This document shows, one piece after another, positions 1-10,983 of a DNA stretch of 39,660 nt (its first letter is position 1; every line of letters starts with the position of its first letter). Where the stretch lies: assembly GCA_041482595.1 (NCBI GenBank), contig JBGPED010000002.1, positions 1-39,660 of the forward strand, given 5' to 3'. This stretch comes from Acidobacteriota bacterium (GTDB lineage: Bacteria > Acidobacteriota > Polarisedimenticolia > Gp22-AA2). The translations under genes and the position numbers were made by a program. The notes beneath the pieces are model-generated. The model was not told the origin of the DNA, ran no database searches, and saw only the letters and a program-made list of their open reading frames with translations.

Positions 1-28
1 GATCGATGAAGGACCCTCGACCGCGGCG

Positions 29-943
29 ATGTTCGACGCGGGGCTGATCCCGGAAGGGTTCCGCTGCGGCTTCGTAGCTCTGGTCGGGCGTGCCAACGTC
101 GGCAAGTCGACCCTGATGAACCGCATCGTCGGTGCCAAGCTGTCGATCGTGTCGGAGGTGCCGCAGACCACCCGCTTCCCGGTGCGGGGCATCCTGCACC
201 GGCCGGGCCTGCAGGTGATCTTCATCGACACTCCCGGGATCCACAAGCCGCGCTACCGAATGAACGAGGAGATGGTGCGTCTGGCCACGCGCGTCCTGCG
301 CGAAGTCGACCTGGTGGCCGCCCTGGTCGATGCCTCCGAGGGTTTCGGCCCCGGCGACCGCTTCGTGTTCGATCTGCTCCGGCAGGCCCGCTCGCACAAC
401 TTGCTGGTGCTGAACAAGGTCGACCTGACCGCGAAGGAGAATCTGTTGCCCCTGATGGACGAGGCGGGCCGTGCGGGACTGTTCGACGAGATCGTCCCCG
501 TATCGGCCATGACCGGTGAGAACTGTGACCGGCTGGAGGCGGTCATCGCGGCGAAGATGCCGCCGGGGCCGCCGCACTTCCCCGAGGACATGCTGACGGA
601 TCTGCCGCAGCGGCAGGCAATCGCCGAGCTGATCCGCGAGCAGGTCTTCCGGCAGACGCGGCAGGAGGTGCCGCACGCCACCGCCGTCATGATCGACCTC
701 GTGGAGCGTGCCGAGAACGGTCTGACGCGCGTTCGCGCCACCATCGTCACCGACAAGGAGTCGCAGAAGGGGATCCTGATCGGCGAGGGCGGCCGGATGA
801 TGAAAGAGATCGGCACCGCCGCGCGCCACGCCGTCGAAGAGTATCTGGGATCGCGCGTGCACCTCTCGCTGTGGGTGAAGGTCAAGAGAGGCTGGCGCGA
901 CGACACGGCGCTCCTTCGGCTCATCGGTCTGCCGCTGTCGTAG
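29..943 (+). CDS. era: GTPase Era
   Basis: 304 aa. G1 P-loop GRANVGKS, G3 DTPG, G4 NKVD, and a C-terminal KH domain (KGILIGEGGRMMKEIG). ATG 29 is the first start, but the frame is open to the window edge. Confidence 0.93.
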   Translation: MFDAGLIPEGFRCGFVALVGRANVGKSTLMNRIVGAKLSIVSEVPQTTRFPVRGILHRPGLQVIFIDTPGIHKPRYRMNEEMVRLATRVLREVDLVAALVDASEGFGPGDRFVFDLLRQARSHNLLVLNKVDLTAKENLLPLMDEAGRAGLFDEIVPVSAMTGENCDRLEAVIAAKMPPGPPHFPEDMLTDLPQRQAIAELIREQVFRQTRQEVPHATAVMIDLVERAENGLTRVRATIVTDKESQKGILIGEGGRMMKEIGTAARHAVEEYLGSRVHLSLWVKVKRGWRDDTALLRLIGLPLS

Positions 944-998
944 TTGTCCAGCCATTGCGATAGAATGACCGCCCTTTTCGGGGAGACGGGGCGGCGCG

Positions 999-2342
999 AT
1001 GAAAGACAGCACGATCCTGGTGGAGTCGATCAAGAAACTGCTCCGCCGGAGCGCCACCGTCCATCTCCTGAACATGCTCGGGAAGGTGCGGGCCGCCGAT
1101 CTGGCGGAGGCCTTCAAGTCCCTGGACGAGGAAGAGAAGTCGGCGACGTTCCGCCTTCTCGCCGAGCGCGCCACGGCCCAGTCGGCGGCCCTGCTCGGAC
1201 TGATCCACCCGGCACACCGGCCCGATCTCCTGCGCGGGATGAGCCCGGAGGACCTGGCGCCCGTCCTGCAGCGCCTGCCCTCCGAGGAGGTGGCGGAGAT
1301 TCTCTCGGGCGTCGCCGGGGACGTCCGGGAACGCATACTGTCCCACATGCAGAAGGAGGCCTCCGAGGAGATCCAGGACCTGCTGGAGTACGAGGAGGAC
1401 ACGGCCGGCAGGATCATGACGACCCGTTATCTGGCCCTGCCGGAGCACACCTCGGTGCAGGAGGCGATCGCCGCAGTGCAGAAGGCGCAGGAGGCGGAGA
1501 TGGTCTTCTATCTCTACGTGCTGGACGCACAGGGCCGCCTCAAGGGAGTGCTGTCGCTGCGCAAGCTGCTGTCGGTCCCGCCCGCGACCGAGCTCAGGGA
1601 GATCATGACGACCGACGTGATCACCGTCCGCCCGGAGACCGATCAGGAGGAGGTCGCGAAGATCGTGTCGCAGTACGATCTCCTGGCGATCCCGGTGGTG
1701 GACGCCGACGGCGTCCTGGCGGGCATCGTGACGATCGACGACGTCATCGATGTCATGCGCGAAGAGGCGACCGAGGACATCTACAAGCTGGCCGGCACCT
1801 CCGACGAGGAGCGGCTGACGAAATCGACGTTCAAGGCGGCCGGGCTCCGGCTGCCCTGGATGTTCGCGGCGTTCGGGGGAGGGCTCCTGGGCGCTCTCGT
1901 CATCAAGGCCTACACGCCGCTGCCTCCTCTGGCCTGCTTCATCCCGGTCGTGCTCGGCATGGGCGGCAACATCGGGACACAGGCGGCCACGATCATGGCC
2001 CGCGGCCTGTCGACCGGGCGGATCTCGCTGCGCGTCGCGGGCGGGGTGATCTTCAAGGAGATTCGGATCGCGCTCCTGCTCGGCTTCATTTTCGGGGCGC
2101 TCCTGGGCATCGCCGCCATCCTGCTGATGGGGCTGGGCCGGGTCGAGGGCCTGGCCGTCGGCCTGTCGCTCTGGTTGTCCATGGGTCTGGCGTCGGTCCT
2201 GGGGGCGGTCCTGCCGATGCTCCTCAAGAGCGTGCACATCGACCCCGCGGTGGCCACCAATCCGTTCGTGACGACGTCGGTGGACCTTCTCGGCCTGCTC
2301 TCCTTCTTCGTGGTGGCCGGGCCCCACCTCGCCGACCGATGA
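999..2342 (+). CDS. mgtE: Magnesium transporter MgtE
   Basis: 447 aa. MgtE N-domain, tandem CBS region (RIMTTRYLAL, IMTTDVITV) and a C-terminal multi-TM channel domain with GMGGNIGTQ. Confidence 0.92.
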   Translation: MKDSTILVESIKKLLRRSATVHLLNMLGKVRAADLAEAFKSLDEEEKSATFRLLAERATAQSAALLGLIHPAHRPDLLRGMSPEDLAPVLQRLPSEEVAEILSGVAGDVRERILSHMQKEASEEIQDLLEYEEDTAGRIMTTRYLALPEHTSVQEAIAAVQKAQEAEMVFYLYVLDAQGRLKGVLSLRKLLSVPPATELREIMTTDVITVRPETDQEEVAKIVSQYDLLAIPVVDADGVLAGIVTIDDVIDVMREEATEDIYKLAGTSDEERLTKSTFKAAGLRLPWMFAAFGGGLLGALVIKAYTPLPPLACFIPVVLGMGGNIGTQAATIMARGLSTGRISLRVAGGVIFKEIRIALLLGFIFGALLGIAAILLMGLGRVEGLAVGLSLWLSMGLASVLGAVLPMLLKSVHIDPAVATNPFVTTSVDLLGLLSFFVVAGPHLADR

Positions 2343-2366
2343 CGGCGGAGGGAGCGAGGGTCCAAC

Positions 2367-3128
2367 GTGCCGGTGAGGGAGACCGAGGCGATGGTCATCC
2401 GGTCCCACCCCCTGGGGGAATCGGATCGGATCGTGACCTTCCTGACGCGCGCGGCCGGGAAGGTGCGGGCCGTGGCCAAGGGGGCGCGGCGGAGCCGGAA
2501 GCGGTTCGGGAGCAGCCTGGAATCGCTCAGCCGCGTCCGGCTGCAGTACTTCGAACGCGAGGGGGCCGACCTCGCGCGCATCGAGACGGTGGATCTCCTG
2601 GAGTCGTTCTACGGGCTTCAGGAAGAACCGGAACGGGCCGCCGTCCTGGCCTGCATGGCGGAGGTCGCCGACGCCTTCGCCCGGGAGCAGCAGGAGGACG
2701 AGCCGTACTTCCGCCTCCTGCACGCGGTGCTGCGGGCGGTCCGCGATGGGCTCAACCTGGAATGGGCGGCGCGCTATTTCGAGATCTGGACGCTCCGGCT
2801 GCACGGTGTCCTGCCGTCCCTGTCGTCGTGCGGACGCTGCGGGCTGGATCTCGGGGCGCGCGGAGGGACCTACGATCGGCGGGGCGGTGTCGTCCTGTGC
2901 CGGACGTGCGCGCCGGGCGGCCTCCCGGGCGGCGTGCTCCTGCACGCGGACGCTCTCGGGGCGGCGGCGGAGATCCTGAAGGCGGCTCCCGCGGCCCTGA
3001 TCGGGCGCAAGGCGGGGCTGCGGTCGCTTGCGCCGCTCCAGGAACTGGCGGAGATCGTCTTCCTCGATCTGACCGACCGACGCTTCAAGAGCTACGAGGT
3101 CCTGCGCGCGCTGCGCGGGGGCCGCTGA
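2367..3128 (+). CDS. recO: DNA repair protein RecO
   Basis: 253 aa, GTG start. N-terminal OB-fold signature (EAMVIRSHPLGESDRIV) and a CGRCG...CRTC zinc motif. GGAGGGAG lies upstream. Confidence 0.9.
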   Translation: MPVRETEAMVIRSHPLGESDRIVTFLTRAAGKVRAVAKGARRSRKRFGSSLESLSRVRLQYFEREGADLARIETVDLLESFYGLQEEPERAAVLACMAEVADAFAREQQEDEPYFRLLHAVLRAVRDGLNLEWAARYFEIWTLRLHGVLPSLSSCGRCGLDLGARGGTYDRRGGVVLCRTCAPGGLPGGVLLHADALGAAAEILKAAPAALIGRKAGLRSLAPLQELAEIVFLDLTDRRFKSYEVLRALRGGR

Positions 3129-3156
3129 GACCGGATGAGCAGGAACAGGTGAGGAC

Positions 3157-4058
<902 letters not shown>

Positions 4059-4062
<4 letters not shown>

Positions 4063-6278
4063 GCTCCCGCGCAGGCGGCACTCTTCTCCTGGAGATCGGG
4101 ACCGAGGAGATCCCGGCCCGGATGATCGAGGGGGCTCTCCGGGACCTGAGGCAGGGTCTTCTGAGAGAGCTCGAGGATGGCCTGCTGCTGCAGGGCGCCG
4201 GCTCCGGGGCGGACGCGCGCGCGGAGGTGTTCGGGACCCCGCGGCGTCTTGCGGTCAGGGTCAGGGACGTGCGCGAGCGGCAACCGGACCGCGAGGAAGA
4301 GGTCACGGGGCCGCCCGCCAGGGCCGCGTTCGATGCCGGCGGCAGGCCGACGAAGGCCGCCGAGGGGTTCGCCCGCGCCCAGGGGGTGGCCGTCGGCGAT
4401 CTGCGGCGCATCGCCACGCCGAAGGGTGAATGCGTCGGAGTGCGCAGGAACGTGCCGGGGCTGCGGGCGACGGACGTCCTGGCGAAGAGGATCCCCGTCG
4501 TCGTGGGCTCCCTGACGTTCCCCAAGATGATGCGCTGGGGCAGCGGGGAGCACCGTTTCGTCCGGCCGATCCACTGGATCGTCGCCCTCCTCGATCGCGA
4601 AGTCATCGACATGACGATCGCGGGCGTCCGATCGGGGGACCGCACGGTCGGGCACCGCCTCCGCGGGGCGCCGTGGATCACGATCACCGATCCGATGAAG
4701 TACGTCGAGCTGCTGCGCACTCATCTCGTGGTGGCGCAGATCGAAGAGCGCAGGGGAGCCATCGAAGAACAGCTCCGTCAGGCGGCGCGCGGGCAGGCCG
4801 CGGTCCTGGCGGCCCCCCCGGGATCTCCGGCCGGGGCGGAGGGCGACTCCGAGCTCCTGCAGGATGTCACCCACATGGTGGAGGCGCCGCGCGTCGTCGC
4901 GGGCGAATTCGACGCCTCCTTCCTCGATCTGCCGGAAGAGGTCCTGGTGACGGCGATGCGCCACCACCAGAAGTCGTTCTCGCTGCGGAAACCGTCCGGA
5001 GGACTCCTGAACCGTTTCCTGGCGATCGCCGACGCGGAAGGAGATCCGCAGCACGCCATCCGCAAGGGCAACGAGTGGGTGCTGCGCGCCAGGCTCGCGG
5101 ACGCCAGGTTCTTCTGGGAGGAGGATCGCAAGACGACGCTCCGACAGCACGCCACCGCCCTGGCGCGCGTGACGTTCCACGAGAAGCTCGGCTCGTTCGC
5201 CGGGAAATCGGCGCGGATCGTCCGCCTGGCCGACGCCGTCCTCGGACTCTTCGTCCGTTCGGGCCACAGCGCCGACGGTGCCATGGTCGAGGAGGCGGCC
5301 AGGCTCTGCAAGGCCGACCTGACCACGCAGATGGTGAAGGAGTTCCCCGAGCTCGAAGGGATCGTCGGAGCGCTCTACGCGAGAGCGGACGGGCTCCCCG
5401 AGGGCGTGGTCCAGGCGATCTACGCGCATTATCTGCCGCGCGGTGCTTACGACCCTCTGCCTCCCACCCTCGAAGGAGCGATCGTGACCCTGGCGGACCG
5501 GCTGGACACACAGGCGGGTATTTTCCTGCTCGGTCTGGTCCCGACCGGATCGCGCGATCCCTATGGCCTGCGCCGATCCGTGCTGGGGGTGTGTCGCATC
5601 CTGATCGAACACAGGGTACGCGCGTCGCTCTCCGATCTGATCGACCGGGCCCTGCGCGGCTACGGGGAGGAGGCGATCGGCGGGAGCGTGCCGGCGCCCG
5701 AGGCGAAGACCAGGCTCCTGGAGTTCTACCGGGGGCGCCTGCAGTTCATCGGCGAGGAGGCCGGTCTGCGCCAGGATTCGGTGCGCGCCGCTCTGGCGGC
5801 TTCGGCGGACGACCCGTACGACGCGCGGCTGCGCATGGCGGCCCTCGACGCGATCAGGGAGGACTCGGGCTTCGTGGCTCTGGTCCTGGCGCACAAGCGG
5901 ATCAAGAACATCCTCAAGGATCGGCCCGCGTCCCGTTACGAGGCGGCGAGCCTGAAGGAGGACGCCGAGCGCGCCCTGGACAAGGCGCTGCGTGCCGCTG
6001 TGCCGGCGATCGAATCGGCGGAGGCGCGCTCCGACCACCTGCAGGCGCTGCGGGAGATCGCCCGCCTCGGTCCCCTCCTCGACCGTTTTTTCAACGAGGT
6101 CCTGGTGCTGGCCGAGGACACGCGCCTGCGCGACAACCGCCTTGGGCTCCTGCAGTCGATCGGCCGGCTGTTCCTGCGGGCGGGGGACTTCTCGGAAATC
6201 GTCGTCGAGGGCGAGCCCGCGAGGACTCAACCGCCACGCGACATGGCGCGCGCGCGGCCCGGGGAGGCGGGACGCTGA
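4059..6278 (+). CDS. glyS: Glycine--tRNA ligase beta subunit
   Basis: ATG 4059 overlaps the glyQ stop (ATGA). The N-terminus [14 protein letters not shown] is typical of GlyS. 739 aa. The track ORF 3696..6278 upstream of 4059 overlaps glyQ out of frame. Confidence 0.92.
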
Positions 6279-9061
6279 TGCCGCGAAAATTCATCTACTT
6301 CTTCGGCCGCGGCCGTGCGGAAGGGGACGGCGGGATGCGCGACCTTCTGGGAGGCAAGGGGGCCGGTCTTGTGGAGATGACGCGCATCGGCCTGCCTGTG
6401 CCCGCCGGTTTCGTCATCACGACCGAGGCGTGCGGACTGTACATGAGGCGCGGGCGCGAGGCGCTGCGGCGCGCCATCGGCCGCGATCTCGAGCGCCATC
6501 TGGCCCGCCTGGAACGTCTCGTGGGCCGCCGGCTGGGTGACGCGCGCGATCCTCTCCTGGTCTCCGTGCGATCGGGAGCGGCCCGTTCCATGCCCGGGAT
6601 GATGGAGACGATCCTCAACCTGGGGCTGAACGACCGCACCGTGCTCGGGCTGGCGGAGCGGGGCGGCAACCGGCGATTCGCCTTCGACTCCTACCGGCGG
6701 TTCCTCTCCGCCTACGGCAGCATCGTGCTGGGCCTGCCCCGCCACCCGCTCGAGGCCCACCTGGAGGAGGCCAAGAGGCGTCTCGGTGTCACCGAGGACA
6801 CCGAGGTGCCCGCCGAGGCCCTGGAGGAGATCTGCCGGCGCCTGCAGGCGCACATCCGCGAGGCGGCAGGCGGGCCCGTGCCGCAGGAGCCGGTGGAGCA
6901 GCTCTGGGGTGCTATCGAGGCGGTGTTCAGGTCATGGATGGCAGAGAAGGCCGTCACCTACCGGCGGGTCGAGGGCATCACCGGTCTGCCCGGCACCGCC
7001 GTGAGCGTGGTGCAGATGGTGTTCGGCAATCTCGGGCCGACCTCCGGCACGGGGGTCTGTTTCACGCGCGATCCGAACACCGGCGAACGGTCCCTCTACG
7101 GCGACGTCCTCATCAACGCCCAGGGAGAGGACGTCGTCGCCGGCGTCCGGACGCCGATGACCCTGGGGGAGATGAAGAAGCGCCTGCCCGCGGTCTATCG
7201 CGATCTGGAGCGGGTGCAGCGGATCCTGGAGCGGCATTACCGCGACATGCAGGACCTGGAGTTCACAATCGAAGACTCCCGCCTGTACATGCTCCAGTGC
7301 CGCACGGGCAAGCGTTCGTCTCGCGCGGCCTTCCGGATCGCCCGGGACATGGCGAGAGAAGGTCTGATCACCCGGGACGACGCCGTGCGCCGCGTCGGTC
7401 CGGAGGACATCGAGCGTCTCTTCTACCCCGTGCTCGATCCAAAGGTGCCGCGTCGCGAGCTGGAGAAGCGCCTGCTCGCCACGGGGATCGGGGCGGTCCC
7501 GGGAGCCGCCACAGGCGAGGTCGTGCTGACGGCCAGGGAAGCGGAGGAGGCGGCGGGCGCCGGGCGTCAGGTCATCCTGGTTCGGCGCGAGACGTCGCCC
7601 GAGGATGTGGCCGGGATGCATGCGGCGCAGGGGATCCTGACGGCGACGGGAGGGAAGACGTCGCATGCGGCCGTCGTGGCGCGCGGCTGGGGGAAGACCT
7701 GCGTCGTGGGGTGCGAAGCGCTGTCGATCAACGCGGCGGCCGGGACGATCCGGCTCGGCGAGCGGACCCTGCGCCGAGGCGAGTCGATCACTCTCGACGG
7801 AACCGGCGGGGCGGTCTACGACGGATCGCTGGCCCTGGTCCGGCCCGAGTTTCCGGAGGCCTACCGCGAAGTCATGACGTGGGCGGACTCCGCGCGGCGG
7901 CTGGGAGTCCGCGCCAACGTCGACACGCCTTACGATGCCCGCAAGGCGGTCGAGATGGGCGCGGAGGGGATCGGCCTGTGCCGCACGGAGCACATGTTCT
8001 TCGACAGCGCGGAGCGCCGGCTGGCCATCCGCGAGATGATCCTGGCGCAGGGGACGGAGGCCCGCGAACGGGCGTTGTCGAGGCTCCTGCCCTTCCAGCG
8101 CCAGGATTTCGAGGGGATCTTCGAGGCCATGGACGGGCGTCCGGTCACGATCCGGTTGATCGATCCGCCGCTTCACGAGTTCCTGCCGGAGGGCGAGGAC
8201 GAGCAACGGTCCCTGGCGGCCCACCTGCAGCTTCCCCTCGAGACAGTGGCCCGGAGGGTGGCGCAGCTGCACGAGGCCAATCCGATGCTCGGTCATCGCG
8301 GCTGCAGGGTCTGCCTCGTCTACCCCGAAATCCTCGACATGCAGGTGCGGGCCATCCTGGAGGCGGCCGCGGCCGTGCGGCGCAGGGGGATCCGCGTCCA
8401 GCCCGAGATCATGCACCCGCTGATCATGGATCCGAAGGAATTCGAGCTGGTGGAGACGCGCACCCGCGAGGTCGCCAACAGGGTCCTGGCGGAGCAGAAG
8501 ATGAAGATCCCGTACCTCGTCGGCACGATGATCGAGGTGCCGCGCGCGGCGCTCCTCGCGGGGCCGATCGGACGCCGGGCCGATTTCTTCTCCTTCGGGA
8601 CCAACGATCTCACCCAGATGACCATGGCCCTGTCGCGCGACGATGCCGGGAGGTTCCTGCCCGACTACGTCGACGAGAAACGCCTCGGCATCTTCGCGGA
8701 GGATCCGTTCCAGACGATCGACTCCGAAGGAGTCGGTCAGCTCATCCTGCTCGCCATCGAGCGGGGACGCGCCGCCCATCCCGGTCTGAAGATCGGCATC
8801 TGCGGCGAGCACGGCGGGGACGCGCGCTCGGTGCGGTTCTGCCACGCGGCCGGCATGGACTACGTCAGCTGCTCCCCGTACCGCATCCCGATCGCGCGCC
8901 TCGCCGCCGCCCAGGCCGCCATCGAGGAGCGCCGGGTGCTTACGCCGGCCCGCGCGGCGGGGGCACGGCGGCGGGCGCGCCGCGCGTCCGCGAACGGCCG
9001 GGAGTCAAGAGCCGCGGACAGGAGGCAGCGTGGTCGTCGGCATCCTGTCGCGCAGGCGTAG
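6278..9061 (+). CDS. ppdK: Pyruvate, phosphate dikinase
   Basis: ATG 6278 overlaps the glyS stop (TGATG). Motifs: GGKGAGLVEM, phospho-His swivel GGKTSHAAVVARG, FFSFGTNDLTQ, ICGEHGGD. 927 aa, including a non-conserved Arg/Ala-rich C-terminal tail of about 45 aa. Confidence 0.93.
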   Translation: MPRKFIYFFGRGRAEGDGGMRDLLGGKGAGLVEMTRIGLPVPAGFVITTEACGLYMRRGREALRRAIGRDLERHLARLERLVGRRLGDARDPLLVSVRSGAARSMPGMMETILNLGLNDRTVLGLAERGGNRRFAFDSYRRFLSAYGSIVLGLPRHPLEAHLEEAKRRLGVTEDTEVPAEALEEICRRLQAHIREAAGGPVPQEPVEQLWGAIEAVFRSWMAEKAVTYRRVEGITGLPGTAVSVVQMVFGNLGPTSGTGVCFTRDPNTGERSLYGDVLINAQGEDVVAGVRTPMTLGEMKKRLPAVYRDLERVQRILERHYRDMQDLEFTIEDSRLYMLQCRTGKRSSRAAFRIARDMAREGLITRDDAVRRVGPEDIERLFYPVLDPKVPRRELEKRLLATGIGAVPGAATGEVVLTAREAEEAAGAGRQVILVRRETSPEDVAGMHAAQGILTATGGKTSHAAVVARGWGKTCVVGCEALSINAAAGTIRLGERTLRRGESITLDGTGGAVYDGSLALVRPEFPEAYREVMTWADSARRLGVRANVDTPYDARKAVEMGAEGIGLCRTEHMFFDSAERRLAIREMILAQGTEARERALSRLLPFQRQDFEGIFEAMDGRPVTIRLIDPPLHEFLPEGEDEQRSLAAHLQLPLETVARRVAQLHEANPMLGHRGCRVCLVYPEILDMQVRAILEAAAAVRRRGIRVQPEIMHPLIMDPKEFELVETRTREVANRVLAEQKMKIPYLVGTMIEVPRAALLAGPIGRRADFFSFGTNDLTQMTMALSRDDAGRFLPDYVDEKRLGIFAEDPFQTIDSEGVGQLILLAIERGRAAHPGLKIGICGEHGGDARSVRFCHAAGMDYVSCSPYRIPIARLAAAQAAIEERRVLTPARAAGARRRARRASANGRESRAADRRQRGRRHPVAQA

Positions 9062-9941
9062 TCTCTACACCACGCGCCGCCTCGTGGAGAGCGCCCTGAG
9101 GCTGGGCCACGAGGCGCGGGTGCTGAACCCTCTGCACTGCGTCCTGGTCCTGAGCCGGCGCGCCCCCGAGATCTATTACCGCGGGCTCGAGTCTCGCGTG
9201 TCCGACCTCGATGTCGTGCTGCCCCGCATCGGCGCCTCGATCACCGAGCACGGGCTGGCGGTCGTCAACCAGTTCGACATGATGGGCGTGCCGCTGGTGA
9301 ACAACTCCCAGCCGATCGCCCGATCGCGCGACAAGCTGAGGTCGCTGCAGCTCCTGTCGCGCGCCGGGCTCGACATACCGAAAACGGTCATGGCGAGCGA
9401 CCCGTCCCAGATCCACCGCGCCCTGGAGATCGTCGGCGGCCCGCCGGCCGTCCTGAAAGTGGTGAAGGGGACGCAGGGGATCGGCGTCATTCTCGCGGAG
9501 ACCGAGCAGTCGGCGCTGACGGTGCTGGAGACCTTCTGGAACCTGGGGATGAACATCCTGGTGCAGGAGTTCATCGAAGAGTCGGAGGGTCGCGACATAC
9601 GCGCCTTCGTCGTCGGCGACAGGGTGGTGACCGCGATGCGCCGCCAGGCATCGATCGGCGAGTTCCGGTCGAACGTGCACCGGGGCGGCACGGGGACCGT
9701 CGTGGACCTGGACGAGAGCTATCGCCGCGTGGCGCTCGAGGCGACGCGCGTCATGGGGCTTCAGATAGCGGGCGTCGACATGCTCGAGTCGCAGACCGGG
9801 CCCAAGCTCGTGGAGGTCAACTCGTCTCCCGGGTTCGAAGGGCTCGAGAGGGCGACGGGCGCCGACATCGCCCTGGCGATCGTCGAGTACGCGGCGGGGT
9901 TCGCGCGCTCGAAGAAGCGCAGGAAGACGAACGAGAGTTAG
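9030..9941 (+). CDS. rimK: RimK-family ATP-grasp alpha-L-glutamate ligase
   Basis: 303 aa. GTG 9030 has GGAGG 4 nt upstream. The ATP-grasp fold runs the full length (VLKVVKGTQGIGV, VQEFIEES.GRDIRAFVVG, GVDMLES..GPKLVEVNSSPG). The start lies inside the ppdK tail. Confidence 0.88.
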   Translation: MVVGILSRRRSLYTTRRLVESALRLGHEARVLNPLHCVLVLSRRAPEIYYRGLESRVSDLDVVLPRIGASITEHGLAVVNQFDMMGVPLVNNSQPIARSRDKLRSLQLLSRAGLDIPKTVMASDPSQIHRALEIVGGPPAVLKVVKGTQGIGVILAETEQSALTVLETFWNLGMNILVQEFIEESEGRDIRAFVVGDRVVTAMRRQASIGEFRSNVHRGGTGTVVDLDESYRRVALEATRVMGLQIAGVDMLESQTGPKLVEVNSSPGFEGLERATGADIALAIVEYAAGFARSKKRRKTNES

Positions 9942-9956
9942 GAGCGTGTCCGAGTC

Positions 9957-10964
9957 ATGGCGCTGAAGATCGGTGGCCGGGACATCCGCCGCGGAACGGT
10001 CGAGCAGATCCTCCTGAAGGCCAGCGAGTACTACACCGCGACCCCGGTCAATGTCCCGGTGATCGTCATCCGCGGAGCGGAGCGCGGACCGGTCGTCTTC
10101 CTGACGGCGGCCATTCACGGCGACGAGCTGAACGGGGTGGAGATCGTCCGCCGCGTGATGACCGGCTACACGCCGCAGCAGCTCAAGGGGACGCTGATTT
10201 GCGTCCCAGTGGTCAATCGCGTCGGTTTCCTCACCCATACGCGCTACCTGCCGGGCCGTCGCGACCTGAACCGCTATTTTCCGGGCAACCCGGGAGGAAA
10301 CGCGGCGGCGCGCTATGCCCACACGCTGTTCACCGAGATCGTGGTCCGCTCGAGGTTCGGTGTCGACCTGCACACGGCCAGTCTCGGGCGGACGAACCTG
10401 CCGCACCTGCGCGCCGACATGGCGTGCAAGGACGTCCGGAAGATGGCGCGTGCGTTCGGCACCGAGATCATCATCGACTCGCCGGGCCCGCCGCGCACGC
10501 TGCGCCACGCCGCAACCACCGCCGGCGTGCCAACCATCATCTTCGAGGCGGGGGAGACGTTCCGATTCCAGCGGAACATGGTGGCGAGAGGTGTCGCCGG
10601 CGTGCGCAACGTCCTCGCGGCCCTGAGGATGACCCAGGACACGCGGCGCGAGCCGCGTTTCCGCGTCATCGTGAAAGTGTCGGAGTGGGTGCGGTCCGTG
10701 AAGGGCGGCATCGCCGACATCGTTGTGCGCCCGGGCGAGATCATCTACGCAGGGGAGGAGATCGCGTCGATCACCAACCCGTTCGGACGCGAAGTGTCGA
10801 TGGTCCGTTCCCCGCTGACCGGACTGATCATCGGGATCACGACCATGCCGATGGTGAACCCCGGGGACGCCATCTGCCATATCGCCAAGCTCGAGAAGAC
10901 CCTGGCGACCGTGGAGACCTTCTGCGTCACGGATTCGCGCGGCAAGAAGATGCTTCTGGCGTAG
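9957..10964 (+). CDS. Succinylglutamate desuccinylase/aspartoacylase (AstE/AspA, M14-like) family zinc deacylase
   Basis: 335 aa. The HGDELNG zinc-binding motif, RDLNRYFPG and VDLHTAS are typical of this family. It sits immediately downstream of rimK. Confidence 0.8.
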   Translation: MALKIGGRDIRRGTVEQILLKASEYYTATPVNVPVIVIRGAERGPVVFLTAAIHGDELNGVEIVRRVMTGYTPQQLKGTLICVPVVNRVGFLTHTRYLPGRRDLNRYFPGNPGGNAAARYAHTLFTEIVVRSRFGVDLHTASLGRTNLPHLRADMACKDVRKMARAFGTEIIIDSPGPPRTLRHAATTAGVPTIIFEAGETFRFQRNMVARGVAGVRNVLAALRMTQDTRREPRFRVIVKVSEWVRSVKGGIADIVVRPGEIIYAGEEIASITNPFGREVSMVRSPLTGLIIGITTMPMVNPGDAICHIAKLEKTLATVETFCVTDSRGKKMLLA

Positions 10965-10983
10965 GCAGGGGAGACCGAAGGTC

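Noticed and set aside
944-998. An M-box riboswitch upstream of mgtE, and a T-box leader upstream of glyQ (3129..3156).
   Set aside because: The intergenic spaces are only 55 nt and 28 nt. That is far too short for either element (about 160 nt or more, and about 200 nt or more), and no conserved cores are visible.
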